Shown: positions 38,482 to 51,954 of the stretch, piece after piece | How the letters are laid out: every line of letters starts with the position of its first letter | Position numbering within the stretch: position 1 is the stretch's first letter | Source: Lama glama | Taxonomy: Eukaryota | Direction of reading: 5' to 3' | Assembly: GCA_028534125.1 (NCBI GenBank) | Contig: CM052817.1 | Span: forward strand, 8,000,001-8,064,000 | Length of the DNA: 64,000 nt | The notes under the pieces: model-generated | Seen by the model: only the letters and a program-made list of their open reading frames with translations | The model's database searches: none | What the model was told of the DNA's origin: nothing | Position numbers and translations under genes: made by a program

Positions 38482-41014
38482 CTGTCAATTCCGTACAACA
38501 TAAACAACATGAAGAAGAGAAAAAAAGGAAAGAAAGAAAAAATGGAAAGTATATTCAATATCTGAAAATAGAAGGGAACACCAAAAAAGAAAAAGAAATA
38601 TACACATAAATTTAAAGATGTCACAAAAGAAACAGCAGAATATATGCATATAAAAGGAAAGAAATGAACAAAGATCCAACTGTTTACAATTCTGACTATT
38701 GAAACAGACATGTCTACTGAACCTCCCAGACAAGCTATGAGTTCCATTTCTAGTATCACGATTACAAACAATGCCCAGTGTTTCAGAGGACAACAAAGAA
38801 TTACGGGGCTTCTCCATGCTGAAGTGCAGTGAAAGTATTAATTCAACTTCCTTCAACAAACATCACTGAGGACCCACAATGTGCCAGTTACTCTACACGG
38901 GGAATGCATGGGTGAACTACACAGAATTTGTTCATCAGTTCTGTGGAGCTCGCGGGAAGAGAGCATGTACACAGCTAACTGTCACACGAGGTAAGTGCTT
39001 CACCAGGGGGCTTGTAACATGTTGTGGGAACAAAGAGGAAAGAGTGGTTAATTTTCTTTGAAGATGGGGAGAGGACGCAGAAGTCAGAGGACGCTATATG
39101 CCGTTTACAATTTTTACATTTACTAGTATTTACTACTTGTCAAAGATTTTCCTTTGATTCTCACTCCTCCACCCCTCACAACCCTAACTTCCATGCTTCC
39201 AAATTCCATATAGAAATAAACAAGTTCAAAATACACTTTTCTGTCATTAAAAAAAATCCTGACACACAATATTTAAGCACAACAGCTGTTGTTTTCAAAT
39301 ATCTAAGAGATTTGTTAAATATAGGAATCAAAGTTAGGGTTTTTTATTGCTATAACCCTTAAGATGAAAAGACCACATATGACAAAGTGTAAAACTTGAA
39401 ACTATTCTCACTTTTTAAAGTAATTTCAAGTATTTTATTTCAGAAATACCTTCCTTCATAATAGCATCTACTAATTAGAAGAGAGAGAAAAACGTTAATC
39501 AGGCTGCTGCTTGGGATAATGTTTATAAAGCTTGGATAAACAACTGAGGGTGGAGGACAGGACGCTGCAGCGCATGAGCCTTGGACGGGCTCTGCTCCAG
39601 CTCTCTGGCAGGCAGCATTAACTTCTGGACAAGGCTCATGATTTACTGGGCACTCAGCCTGATGCTATCAACAGAAGCATTACCAACTGCCACGTGAGGT
39701 ATGAGGGGGTACGTCAGTGAAACTCTGAACACCATCATCTGGCCTCCCCCGAACCTAATTGTTTCATGCCAAACTATGGATTACAATAAAGAGAAAGGAT
39801 TTTCATAATCAGTAAGCAACTCATTAATCCTCCAAAATGATGGTTTAAACCCTGTCCTATAAACACAACCAGGTTACTGACCTGTGGTCAAGACATTCTG
39901 GTCGAAGTATTGACTAACATAAATGACTTGGATTTTCATCAAATTAATGAAGAACTAACAAGGCAACATCTTTCTTGGGGGCCTTGGCTGTTTGACATAA
40001 AGCTTTGTACAAAGTTTCTGAACTGGATGCGAGAACCAAAGCTCTGCAGATTCAAATCTTTGCTTTCGGATGAGTTAAAAAGCATAATTTCCATGCTACA
40101 AGCTTCATGGTAGGTGATTTCACAGCAGTTGGCTTACTTACAAGTCATTCATTCATTGATGTTTTCAGAGAAAATGTTACCTACAAAACACCAACTTTGG
40201 AGCCACAAAGTCAATTATATTCTCTGCTATTAGTCAATCAAGTGAAAATAATGAAGTGGCCTTAAGAGAAGGGAGCTGTGATTCAACACCAGATTAACTC
40301 TTACTCTTAAAGAGAATCTACAAGTGGATACCAGAAATGGAAGTGGTAGCTATCCATAAGGGTAAGCAAGAAGTCAGCCTCAGAGTTGAGATCATAAAGT
40401 ACTAAGTAGTAGAGATGCTTGGGAAGACACTAAAGATCAATCTGGTCAATTCTGCAACTGCATCTTAATCCAACAGTAGCATGTTTACCATTGCAAAAGT
40501 CATAGTTTTGTCACGCTTAGGGTATGTAGTAAACATAGTTTGATGGACTTTGATGGCTAAAACACCTGTCACTATCATTCATTCAAAGCAAACCACTATT
40601 CTACATATTGAAGACATTCAGATAAATAACGTATAATCCCTGTTTTTGAGATGCATAAGAGCCTAGCATGGAAAACAGATGTGTAAACTATTAAAGAATA
40701 TTATGATATAAATTTAAGGTGCAACAAAATTATAGATTACCATTTAAAGCACTGCTATAGCATTTTTAAAAGCATGGTACTTTGCACATAGTAGGAGCTT
40801 AAAGAAAGCCACTCTCCTCTTTCTTCTGTATAATGCACCATTATACACTCCCAGTAACATTCACAACTTTGGGCAAGTTACTTCACCCCCTTGGTCTTCA
40901 AAATATCCTTATCTATAAGACACAAGGTTTTTCTGCAAGGTCTCTAAGATTCCATCTGGTTTTGAAACTATATGAAAAAATAGATTTAAAAAGTGAATAG
41001 AAAAAGGAAAAAAT

Positions 41015-42415
41015 GGACTATGATTTGACATGGGTCTTAGTAACATTTTTTTGGAACTGTCTCCTCCTCAGGCAAGGGAAGTGAAAGCAAAATAAACAAA
41101 TGGGGCCTAATCAAACTTACAATTTTGTAGATACTGACAGGCATATGCAGAATAGATAAACAAGATTATACCGTATAGCACAGGGAAATATATACAAGAT
41201 CTTGTGGTAGCTCACAGCGAAAAAAAAAGTGACGATGAATATATGTATGTTCATGTATAACGGAAAAACTGTGCTCTACCCTGGAATTTGACACAACGTT
41301 GTAAAATGACTATAACTTAATAAAAAAAAGTTAAAAAAAAAAAAGCTTATGCAGAGTGAAGGCAATCATCAAAAAAATGAAAAGGCTGCCTACGGAATGG
41401 GAGAAGCTATTTGCAAATGATAAGTCTGATAAAGGGTTAATATCAAAAATAAATAAAGAACTCATACAACTCAATATCAAAAAATCAAACAGATTTAAAA
41501 ATGGGCAAAAGAGACCTGAGTAGACATTTTTCCACAAAAGACATACTGATACCCAACAGATGCATGAAAAGATGCTCAACACTGCTAATCATCAAGAATA
41601 TGCAAATCAAACCACAATGAGATATAACCTCACACCTGTCAGAATGACTATTGTCAAAAAGACAAGAAATGACAAGTGTGGGCAAGGATGTGGAGAAAAG
41701 GGAACACTTGTGCACTGCTGGTGGGAATGTAAACTCATGCAGCCACTATGGAGAATAGTATGGAGGTTATCCAAAAAACTAAAAATAGAACTACCACATG
41801 ATCCAGCAATTCCACTCCTGGGTATATAGCTAAAGAAAACAAAAACACTAATTTGAAATGATACATGCACCCCAATGTTCAAAGCAGTATTATTTACAAT
41901 AACCAAGCTATGGAAGTCACCTAAGTGTCCATCAACAGATGAATGGATAAAGAAGATGTAATATATACATATATACACAGTGGAATATTACTCAGTCATA
42001 AAAAGAATGAAATTTTGCCATTTGTAACAACATGGATGAACCTGGAGGTTATTATGTTTAGTGAAGTAAGTCAGACAGAGAAAAACAAATACTGTATGTT
42101 TTCACTCACATGTAGAATCTAAAAAATAAACTAATATAACAAAACAGAAACAGATTCACAGATATGGAGAACAAACTAGTGGTTACCAGTGGGGAGAGGG
42201 AAGAGGGAAGGGACAAGACAGGGGAAGGGGATTAAGAGGTACAAACTACTAGGTATAAAATAAGTAAAATATAAGGATGTAACGTACAACACAGGGGATA
42301 TGGCCAATTTTTAAAATAAGTTTATATGGATAATCTGTAAACATATCGAATCACTATGTTGTATACCTGAAACCAATGTGATATTGTAAGTCGACTATAC
42401 TTCAGTTAAAAAAAG
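41015..42415 (+). mobile_element. 5'-truncated L1 in a RAB28 intron (antisense), containing a nested younger L1 3' end
   Basis: ORFs 41560-41829 and neighbours give L1 ORF2 C-terminal peptides ([12 protein letters not shown]...[21 protein letters not shown]...[13 protein letters not shown]). A-tail at ~42410. Confidence 0.93.
41120..41341 (+). mobile_element. Short young L1 3'-UTR fragment nested in an older L1
   Basis: Homologous to 60138-60328. It interrupts the host L1 sequence atcaaactta|aaagctt and has its own aataaa plus A tail. Confidence 0.85.
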
Positions 42416-42696
42416 AGAAACTAATGCATACCTATTTCAAACCAAACAAAGTCATAGCTTATTAACTGGCCAGTGAAAATGTCAAAGCTTAAAAATGTAT
42501 TAAGAACTCAACGCCAGGTATATAGGACAAACCCTCCTTGCAACTCAGACTGAAAGAGATAAGACACAGAACTATGCATTTTCTTTTTAGATTATTTAAT
42601 GTATTATTAAAGAGCTGAATGCTGGACTTCCTCAGAGAATAGCACTTCTAAATTTATTTCTTCTAAAGGTTTGACTCCTTTGTAAACAAAACATCT

Positions 42697-42805
42697 GGGA
42701 TGGAGTAATAGCTCAGTTGGCAGAGAGCATGCTGCATGAGGTGCGTGGTTTGATCCCCAGTAAAAGAAAGAAAGAAAGAAAGGAAGAAAGGAAGAAAGAA
42801 AAATG
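42697..42805 (+). mobile_element. Degenerate tRNA-derived SINE with (GAAA)n tail
   Basis: taatagctcagttggcagagagcatgc...ggtttgatccccag followed by aaagaaagaaag. Confidence 0.7.
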
Positions 42806-43539
42806 AGAAAATCTCAACAGTCTGGGAAACTTGGACATTTGTTAACAACTAGTCCCAACTTTCACACTATCAGAGGAGCGTAGGTGGGGACAGAAAAGAG
42901 GTGAATAGATAAATGACGCAAATAAAATCACTAACTAACTGAGAATTGTAAAAAAAAAAAAAGGCATCAGAGCATACTTAACTGTTTAAATATCTGCCTG
43001 CCCTCATGTATTCTGGGAGCTCCTTGAGGACAAGGAATTTAACTTAGTCATCTCTGTATCGCCAGATTTTAGTGTCCTGGCACAAAGTAAACCCGCAAAA
43101 AATGTCTGCTGTATTAATAAACTGCATTCCCTTTCTTTTCTCCCTCTTCCCTTTCTTGCAAAACTTGTAGTGTGTTGATAGCTCATTTTATATGACTCTC
43201 AAACAGGAACAATCTAGGTTAGAACTAAAATAGCAAAGTCTCTTTAATCAGTGAATGGAACCAACACTAAAACCTTATTATAAATATTTATGTTACAAAT
43301 GAAGTTACTATAGTGTCAATTTCTATGTGACTGGTGAGTCTACAATCTAGCTCCTTCTGTATAAAGTAATACAAAACACTTTCAAATGTGACACCAAATT
43401 CCCTCCGGAACCCCTCAAATGACATAAAAATCACAGAAAACAAGTGTACACACTCTCTCTCCCTCCCTTTCCTCCCTACTCCCCCACCACATTCTGTATA
43501 TATAAAATCTGAACTTCTTTGCTTTTAAATGAACTTTCA

Positions 43540-44456
43540 GAAGATATCAAATAGCCAACAGGTACATGAAGAGGTGCTCAACATCACTAATCATCAAATT
43601 AAAATTACAATGAGACATCACTTCACACCTGTTAGAACGGCTGTCATCAAGAATATAAGAGATAAGTGCTGGAAATGATGTGGAGCAAAGGAAACCCTTG
43701 TGCACTGCTGGTGGAAATGTAAATTTGTGCAGCCACTGTGAAAAATAGTATGGAGTTTCCTCAAAAAGTTAAAAATAGAATTACCACACCATCTAGCAAT
43801 TACATTTCTGGGTATTTATCCAAAGAAAATGAAACAATAAATCAAAAAGACATATGCACCCCCCTGTTCACTGTAGCATTATTTACAATATGCAAGATAT
43901 GGAAACAACCTAAGTGTCCATTGACAGGTGAATGAATAAAGAAAATGTGCTAAGTATATATACAGTGTAATATTATTCAGGCATGAGAAAGGAGAACATC
44001 TTGCTATTTGTGAAAACATGGATGGACTTGGAGCACATTGTGTTAAATGAGATAAGTCAGAGAGAGAAAGTATGATATTACTTAGATGTGGAATTTTAAA
44101 AAGCCTAATCTGTAAAAACATAGAATAAAATGGTGGTTCCCAGAGGATGGGGAGATAAGACAAATGTTGTTTAAGAGTACAAACTTACAATGATTAGTAA
44201 ATAAGCCCTAGAAATACAATGCACAGTACAATGATTCTAGATAGCAATATTGTCTTATAATCATCAAACTTGCTAAGAGATTAGAGCTTACTTATTCTAA
44301 CTACTAAAAAGGATAATTATGTAATGTAATAGAGGTGCTAATAATTGCCACAATGACAATCATATTACAATATATAGCCATATCAAATTAACGTGTTATA
44401 TACCTCTTAGATTTATACAGTGTTATACATCAAATATCATTTCAATAAAAAATAAC
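43540..44456 (+). mobile_element. 5'-truncated L1M-type element
   Basis: aagatatcaaatagccaacaggtacatgaagaggtgctcaacatcactaatcatc..., ending tcaataaaaaataa. Confidence 0.9.
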
Positions 44457-45099
44457 ACTGCGCTCAACACAGCTTGCAAGTACCTTCTTATAAATGAATC
44501 TTTTTTTAAAAAATCAACTTTAAAAAAATGTTTCCACTGAGAAATGTTAAATGTGAGATAAATAATCCAACTGTCAAAGACACCAAATTCACTAGTTTTG
44601 GGAATGGAGACTGAAGTTCCCACACACAAAGGATTCTGATGAACATAATACAGGAAGTCTCTAGTAGCTTGAATTTATCCTTTAATGAATGAATTCAAAG
44701 TAAACACCAAGAAACTGAAGACTGAATTAAACCTCACAGCATAATAAACAAGACGGGGTGCACTAACAAACAAGGAGGGGTGCACAGGGAGGGTAGAGAG
44801 CTATGCAGTTAACACATCTGATACTGCTTTAGTTAAAACATGCTTAGGTGTCAAGTCCATCTCTAAAGTCTAAACAGTAAGTTTCTGGCTCTTATGACCT
44901 AGAGCGAGCTAAAAATATTAGTAAAACTTCTCTAAAATTCTGCCTTTCAAAAGTATTTGCATCAGTCCACCTCTCTGGAGTTACCCTGAACCCGAGCATG
45001 CCATGGAGCTCCGATGGCAGCCTGTGCCGCACCAGCACACCTCCCCTCTAGGGAGGGATCACCAATCATTGCGTCTCCCCCTTTTTCAACTCCACTAGG

Positions 45100-45780
45100 A
45101 GAGAAATCTCAACGTGATCTTGGACTTCTCCCTTCTATCCAGTCATTCCACAAGTCTTACTGATTCTTCTTTGAAATGTCTCTCTTAACATCCATTCTTT
45201 TCCTTCGACTCGGATTTTGGTCCTTATCACATGAGGGCAGTAACCCAGTCTCTTTGCTTCAATCTCTTTCTCATCCATTCACACACAAAAAAATCCCATT
45301 ATATTAATCCTACCTAAAATCTGCTTTCATTTATTTCCCTGCTTAAAAAATTATTTCCCACCGTCAATATGTGAGATAAAATTTATCAACTTGGCATTCG
45401 TAAACCTCCATAATCTTTTCTGAAATTCCCTTCACACTGTAACATTTATTTAACCAAACTGCTCTTCTGTTTCCAAAATACAAACTAAGCTTTTCAGCTT
45501 GTTCATACCAACTTCTTTTTCAATTCCCCACTCCAAACCCTCAGTAAATCTTCCCCCAATATGGAAGACTGAAAATACTAGGCACACTGCCGTCCGATAG
45601 GCCTGAGTTCAGATCCTGGCTCCACCACTGCCTAACCACAGATTCGCAGATCAAGTTACTTAACCTCTCCACAGTTTCAGTTTCCTAACCTTAAAGTGAT
45701 GAACTGCCACCTGCCCCACAGAGTTATTATGAGGATTAAATGAGATAACACAGTGCCTGGCACATAATATATTACTTTTC
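45100..45780 (+). mobile_element. Degenerate L2 fragment followed by a MIR (45590-45780)
   Basis: Pyrimidine-rich L2-like sequence, then cctgagttcagatcctggctccaccact...cagtttccta...gaggattaaatgagataa...cagtgcctggcacata. Confidence 0.6.
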
Positions 45781-47153
45781 CTCACTAAAGGCAGGGACTG
45801 CATCTTAAACTCTTTTAAATTTCCTCTGGATCCACCACTAAACCACATTTGTAATACATGATCAATAAATCATTTGTAACTGTTTGATAATCATTCATGG
45901 ACTATCTGATTAACCAGGGACAAACATCATTTAGAAAATGAAGCTAAAAATCAGAGGAATCACTCGACCTCTGCGGCCTGCCAAGTTCTGTGCAATCAAG
46001 CAAATCACGGTGATTTCTCTTTCTTGTATCCATTCTCCTAGACCAAAACCAAGTAACTATTTTTGTGTCTGGGAGCAATTTATATGGCATAAATATCTGA
46101 ACATTGTGCCTAGCCATAGTAAGTGCTGAAATAAACATTTTTTGTATAATGAGAAATAACAAGTTGCAGATTTCCAGAGTTCCAAATATTTTAATGAAGT
46201 CCTAGAAACAGCCACAGCAGCATAACAATTTTCAATTGCTATTTTCTCAAATTGTTATAAACCCCCCCCAACACACAGAGTGACCATGAAAATAAGACAC
46301 AGAACTAACTCTAAAAGAAGTAAAGAAAAATTTAAGGATGGGGAAATATCATTATACCTTTTTAGCTGCAAGGAGCAGGAATGCAGTGGAAGGGATTGAG
46401 GAAAAATGTAATTTATTTGTTGCTTCTACGCAAATCACTTCTGAAGCTTAACCTTATAGGCTCTTGTTCTGAGTTTCATTCAATCAAATGTGAATTGGCT
46501 AGTGTAGTGGTATTTTTAAATGCTTGATCATTGGTATTCATGTTTATTTCTTAGTCTAAGAGAACTGTCTAGGAATACTAAAAGAATTCGGAAATCCTCA
46601 ATAATTAATACCATTATTAAATTAACAATAAAATAATAAATATCATTAATTACTATCAAAATCAGTATCATTACAGTGGAGGATGTTTTAGAGAGGAACA
46701 GAGAACAAGACTTAAGAAAAAATAATGTTTTACCAAAGCAAACATGGAAGATGCCAAATGGAGTAAATTCTTACTAATTAAGGTAAACTTTGATAAATAG
46801 TTGGGATTTGATATGAAATACAAAAAGAATATTGTACAGTAATCTAGGAAGAAGAACTTAATGAAGTACAAAACAATATGGTCAGTATCTTAACTAATTA
46901 TATAACCACTGATGAAATTTTTATTATAGTAATCTAATTTCTTCCAACACAAAGGACAAAATGAAGTTTCAAGGGTATCATAATTTGGCAAAAGTTAACA
47001 TCCTCCATCTTCTGCACAAACCATAATTCACACACACAATCTATTTCTAGGGCTTTTTGGAATATGTACATAAATGTGAAAGGATTCAGGGTGAAAATTA
47101 ATGTCATTTAAGAAATAAATTATTTTTTTAAATATAAAGTTCAATATAATCAC

Positions 47154-47231
47154 CTGTGACTGTTCTATTTCTGCTTTGTTTAACTTGATTCCAAGGATTT
47201 CAGCAGCAACTTTCTGAAAACACAGGAAGAC
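47154..47231 (-). CDS. RAB28: RAB28 internal coding exon (exon 6), 78 nt
   Basis: Minus strand reads ttgttatgtag|GTC TTC CTG TGT...CAG TCA CAG|gtgatt. It encodes [26 protein letters not shown], phase 0/0, in frame with the previous exon. Confidence 0.96.
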
Positions 47232-48099
47232 CTACATAACAAAAACAGGTTTAAATGATTTAAAACAGGCATGCTTAAGTTACTTTCAAGTAAATTGAAC
47301 TTTCTAAAAAATGATAAACAGCAAGAACTGCAAAACTATGATGTACCAGGTTATTCCAAAAATAGCTTTGTCAAATACTGCAACATTTTAAGTGTAATAA
47401 TTTTTCTAAATGATTAAACCGTAATTTGGAAATTCATACAATTCACTGAACTGGTTTAAACATACACAAATCACGCTTTTAAATATTTAACATAAGATAA
47501 TTAATTACAGATACCACATTTTAAAAAAACTATTAGCATAACAAACTCCCGTAAGTCCTGAAGAAAACGAGGGTCAAGCAGTCTGTACCACCTGTATGAA
47601 GTCCTCACTGGCAGTTCTACACTGGCCTGTTGATCTGGCATTAGCTTTATCTTAAAAAGTCTTACTTTCTAACCTTTCAATCCTCTTTGTGCTTCTCACC
47701 AATTTTAATAAATTCTCCGTATCTCTTGAGCAAAACAACTTAGCAATCTTTACCGTATTTTATCAAACAGAAAAGGAGCAGTATACTCCATTATCATTAA
47801 ACGAAAACCTACGAAGACTTTTCTATAAACAGCCTTTCGTACATAGGAGGTTTATGCTGGGTCCACTATGACTCCTAGAGCTCCACTCCAGTCACTGACT
47901 GCTACACATAACTTGTCTTTGCTTCTAAGTGTCCTATCATATTCTTATCCCTACTTATGATTACTTACTGAATATTTATTGCAACTATACTAATTTAATT
48001 TTGATTTCTAATCAAAAAGAGATACATGTCCTCGAAAGACTTACATCATTTCTACCCCAAAGAGCATTACATAGTATAGTTCACTGATGGTCAATGTTC

Positions 48100-50100
48100 A
48101 AGGAGAAACAGGAAAGTTAGTGTGGTGGAATGGAGAGAAAGAGGATTGTAAAAGAAAATTAGCAAAGAGACTAAGAGTGTACAAATCACGTAAGTAAGAT
48201 CTGGTAGGCTACTGGAAGGACTCTGACTTTTTCTCTGAGTAAAATGGAGGGTGGTTTGATGTGACTTCTATTTTTAACAAGGTCGACCTGGTTGCTGTAT
48301 TGAGTTTTCACTTCAGAAATCAAGGTACAAAAAGAGAAAACAGCAAGGATACTAATGTAAGAGATGATGGAGGCTTGGAACAAAGTGGTAGCAGTGGAGA
48401 TGGTAAGAAACAGTCACTAGACTACGGATATATTTTGAAAGTAGAACCAACAGGACTTGGTAATAGATAGATGTAGTGTGTGAAAGAAAGTCAAGGATGA
48501 CTCCAAAATTTTCTTGGCTTTAGCAACTGGTAGAAGATCTGCCATTCCTGAAGTGGGGAAGATTGTGAGAGATTTGAGGGGAGAATATCAAGAGTTCAGG
48601 ACCTGAATTAAACTGGGACTACCAATTAGACATATAAGCAAAGGTGCTGGGGTCCACGAGTATGGAGTTCAGGGAAGAGGCCTCGTCAAGGCCATGAGAC
48701 TAGACGAGTTCACTAAAGGAATGAGATTTTAAAAAGAGATACCCAAGAACCGAGCCCTAGGGCACTCCAATATTTAGAAGACAGAAGGATAAGAAGGAAT
48801 CCGCAGAGGGGACCAAGAGAGCAGTCTGCAAGGCAGGAGGTAAGCCAGGAGGGGTGGTATCCTGGAAGCTGAGTGAAGAAAATATTTCAAAGTGGAGAGA
48901 GTGATCAACTATTTTATATGCTGCAGCTAAGTCAAGTAAGATGAGGACTAAGAACTGACCACTAAATTTAACAAAAAGGAGGTCACTGGTAACCTTAATA
49001 GGAGCATTTTGGGTGAAACACTGGGGACCAAATTCTAACTGGAACTGTTGAAGAGAAGTTGGGAGGAGAGAACTGGAGACAACTCTTTCAAAATATTCCA
49101 CTGGTAAGTGGCAGAAGAAAGAATAGCTAAAGAGGTGGGATCAAGGGTTTTCTTGTATTTAAGATAAGAGAAGTCATAATATTTTGTATACTGATAGAGT
49201 AACCTGGGAGACAAAAAAAGGTGCAGGAGAGAGTGAGAACTGCTAAGCGATGTTCGCTACTAGGCAATGAGAAATGGGACTGATGCACAACGGAGGAAAT
49301 GACTGGGAGCACAGACAGTGCACCCCGCAGCAACCGCAGAGAAGACAGAAGATACAGATGTGGGGTGGGAAGGAGAGCTGGGGTAGATGTGGTGGCAGGA
49401 GTATGTGAAAGTCGATTTCTGTTTGTCAAATTTCTTATAAAATAAAGAACAAGGGCGTCAGCTGAGAGAATGGACGAGGAAGTTTTGAAGATTTGAGGAG
49501 AGAAGGGAAGCTATGAAATAGTCATCTGGGTGAGGGAGAGAGACAGTGGCCCTGGGATATGTACACTTACTGAGCAGCACTAGGGCCCACTTGAAGTGAG
49601 TGACTGTGAACTTTAAGTGAAACCTCCACCATGCCTCTGTTTTCTCTGATCATGTTCAAACCCATGAGTGCAGCCACATAAAGGTGGGGGCTTGGTTTAA
49701 GGCAGCCCAATGAGTCAGATAATGTGAACGAGGGGAAAGGGAACTGACAGGATGTGCTTGGCTGGCCATGACATTTAAGTTAGGAAGAGAGGAAAATGAG
49801 GACATGAAAGGAAATTAGGGACACTGAAAAAGTGTTAGGATCAGTGTCTTGTAGGTCCTGCATGGGTTGCAGACTGACTGGGTTAGGGCACTCGGAGGTT
49901 GTGAGCTGGGAAGACAGAAGGTGGTCAGTGATTAGGATGCGTGATATGCAATATGAGGTAACAGAAAGGCTGTGGTGTTTTGTAAAGACAATGCACGGGA
50001 GTGAGTGGCTGAGGTGGGGTGGAGAACAGACAAAGATGCCAAATCACTAAGAATTATGACAAAGGTATTATCAGGGAAAGCACAGTAAGCCAGAAACTCA
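48100..50100 (-). mobile_element. Long L2 LINE relic with recognisable reverse transcriptase remnant
   Basis: ORF 48757-49101(-) reads PIKVTSDLLFVKFSGQFLVLILLDLAAAYKIVDHSL, matching the L2/CR1-clade RT motif (LLDLSAAFDTVDH). Confidence 0.85.
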
Positions 50101-50599
50101 GCTTCTCAAGCAACAAAGGGAAGTAACCTGGGAATGGAGATGACTAAAAGCCTTAAAGTGATTTCACAAGAACAAACCATCTCAAAGTTACACTTAACAA
50201 GAAAACAATAAGAAATTTTAAAGGTGGTTCAACATAAGTACACAAAAAATATTAAATGGTTAAACACAAGCTAAAATACTGAAAGGCAACATAATTCCAA
50301 AATGACAGAAGACCCCTAGGAAGACACGTGAGGGTAAAAGCCCAACCCATGGGTGGACTTACCAAGGAGTATTGATGTTATTATTTTTTTAATGACATGT
50401 TCGGGTATGTGCCCGTGTCTGCACCACCCTGGGGGAAAGCGCTCCAAGAGGTCACATTTTTAAATGTTAGACCCCCCAAAAGATTAAATACCCTTATATT
50501 ACTTAATATTTATCCCAAGCACAAAAACCATCAAGGACATCATAAAGGAAAAACACCAGAAAGATTACACCACAGAAAAAAAAATACAAACTTCCTTTG

Positions 50600-51290
50600 G
50601 TTGAAAATGCCAAGAAAATTAAGTCAAATAAAAATCTGGGCAGAGGAGAGTATCTGCAAAAATTATGACAAATGGCTGTTATCCCCACCTTAAAAATGGT
50701 CACAGAAAACTTTAAAAAGCAATAGAAAATTATAAACACACAATAAGCAGAAAATTAATAAGTAATAAAAAATTTTAAATTTCCACTTCAGTAGCAGTCA
50801 AAGAAATTCAAATTTACATAGCAAAAAAATTAGTTTTTCCTACCAAATGGACAAAGATTTAAGAATAAATAAATCCTGAATGTTAGAAAGAGCACAGTGA
50901 TACGGAGCTCACACAATGCTGGTGGTGATATAAGTTAACTTAGGCTTCCTGGCAGTAATTTATCAATTGGTTTCAATTATCTTTCAAGGAATCTATTTCA
51001 AAGAAAAAAATCAAAACATCAAAGCTTATGGACAAAATATTACATTAAAATTTTGCAAAATTTAACAACATCCAGAACTTGGAAATAATCTACATGCCCA
51101 AAAATAGGTACCTGGTTGAATAAATTTTTGAACATTTATTTAATGATTTCTTAAATCTAATGGATTATTAAATCTATTTAGTATTATTAAGTGACATGAT
51201 AAAATTTTCTACAGATAAATACATTAAAAAGTAAAACACAACCTTATTTCTATACTATAACCTCAGTTTTGTTAAATAAATATTTAACAT
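50600..51290 (+). mobile_element. Ancient L1M fragments
   Basis: A-rich, degenerate L1 ORF2/3' motifs (agcagtcaaagaaattcaaattt; ttggaaataatctacatgccca). Confidence 0.5.
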
Positions 51291-51775
51291 GGTTAATATG
51301 GTGAGCCCTAGATTGTCAATCCTTAGGTTTACAAATCCTACCTCCACCCTTATTCTGTGTACCCTGGACCCTACTACATAACCTCCCTAAGACGATTCTA
51401 TAAAACAGAGAGAATCACAGTAGTACAGTGCCCATCACAAAGTACGCACTCAGTAAATGCAGTCCCTTGACAGCAGGACTAGTATTTGTGAGCATCAGAA
51501 AAATAAGACTGGAAGGAATCATATGAGGTCACCTCCGAATGCTGGAGATTATGAGTGGTTTATATTCTTTTTGACTTTCATATTTTTTAATTCCTTAAAA
51601 TAACCGTGAATAGAAATACAAACAGAATACCCATGCTATATCTAACCTAACATATTTCATGTCTTCATAGGAATTAACTTGTTCCAAAAGTTAAGTAATG
51701 GAAGTATACTTCCTATGAATATTAGTATATAGAAGTAAAACACTTGTAATATTCAGTGTTCATTATTTTACTTAC

Positions 51776-51879
51776 AGAGTCTCCTGTCTTTGCTGAGACG
51801 AAGTGGCTACTAAAACCATTTTCCTGGCAAAACCTTAAGTGTTTTTCGGGTTTTACTGTTCGCATGTGCTCCAAATCAA
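51776..51879 (-). CDS. RAB28: RAB28 internal coding exon (exon 5 by human numbering), 104 nt
   Basis: Minus strand reads cccctttctag|TT GAT TTG GAG...GGA GAC TCT|gtaagt. It encodes (I)[34 protein letters not shown], with the end of the G4 (NKxD) box and the G5 SAK motif. AG/GT sites are canonical and the exon ends in phase 0. Confidence 0.96.
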
Positions 51880-51954
51880 CTAGAAAGGGGAACAAAAACA
51901 GAGAACAAAATTCAACATTAGAGTCAGTCAATACATTTTTTAACATATTTAAAT

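Noticed and set aside
38460..38859. Stand-alone membrane-protein ORFs (103 and 124 aa)
   Set aside because: They are translations of the intronic polypyrimidine tract with no promoter or start context. Only the spliced variant is kept, as a speculative finding.
41331..41978. ORFs resembling 'uncharacterised' or hydrophobic proteins
   Set aside because: They are sense and antisense translations of a decayed L1 ORF2 3' end.
48757..49101. Reverse-transcriptase-like ORF as part of a novel RT system
   Set aside because: It is a short degenerate remnant with the motif eroded, embedded in an L2 LINE relic.
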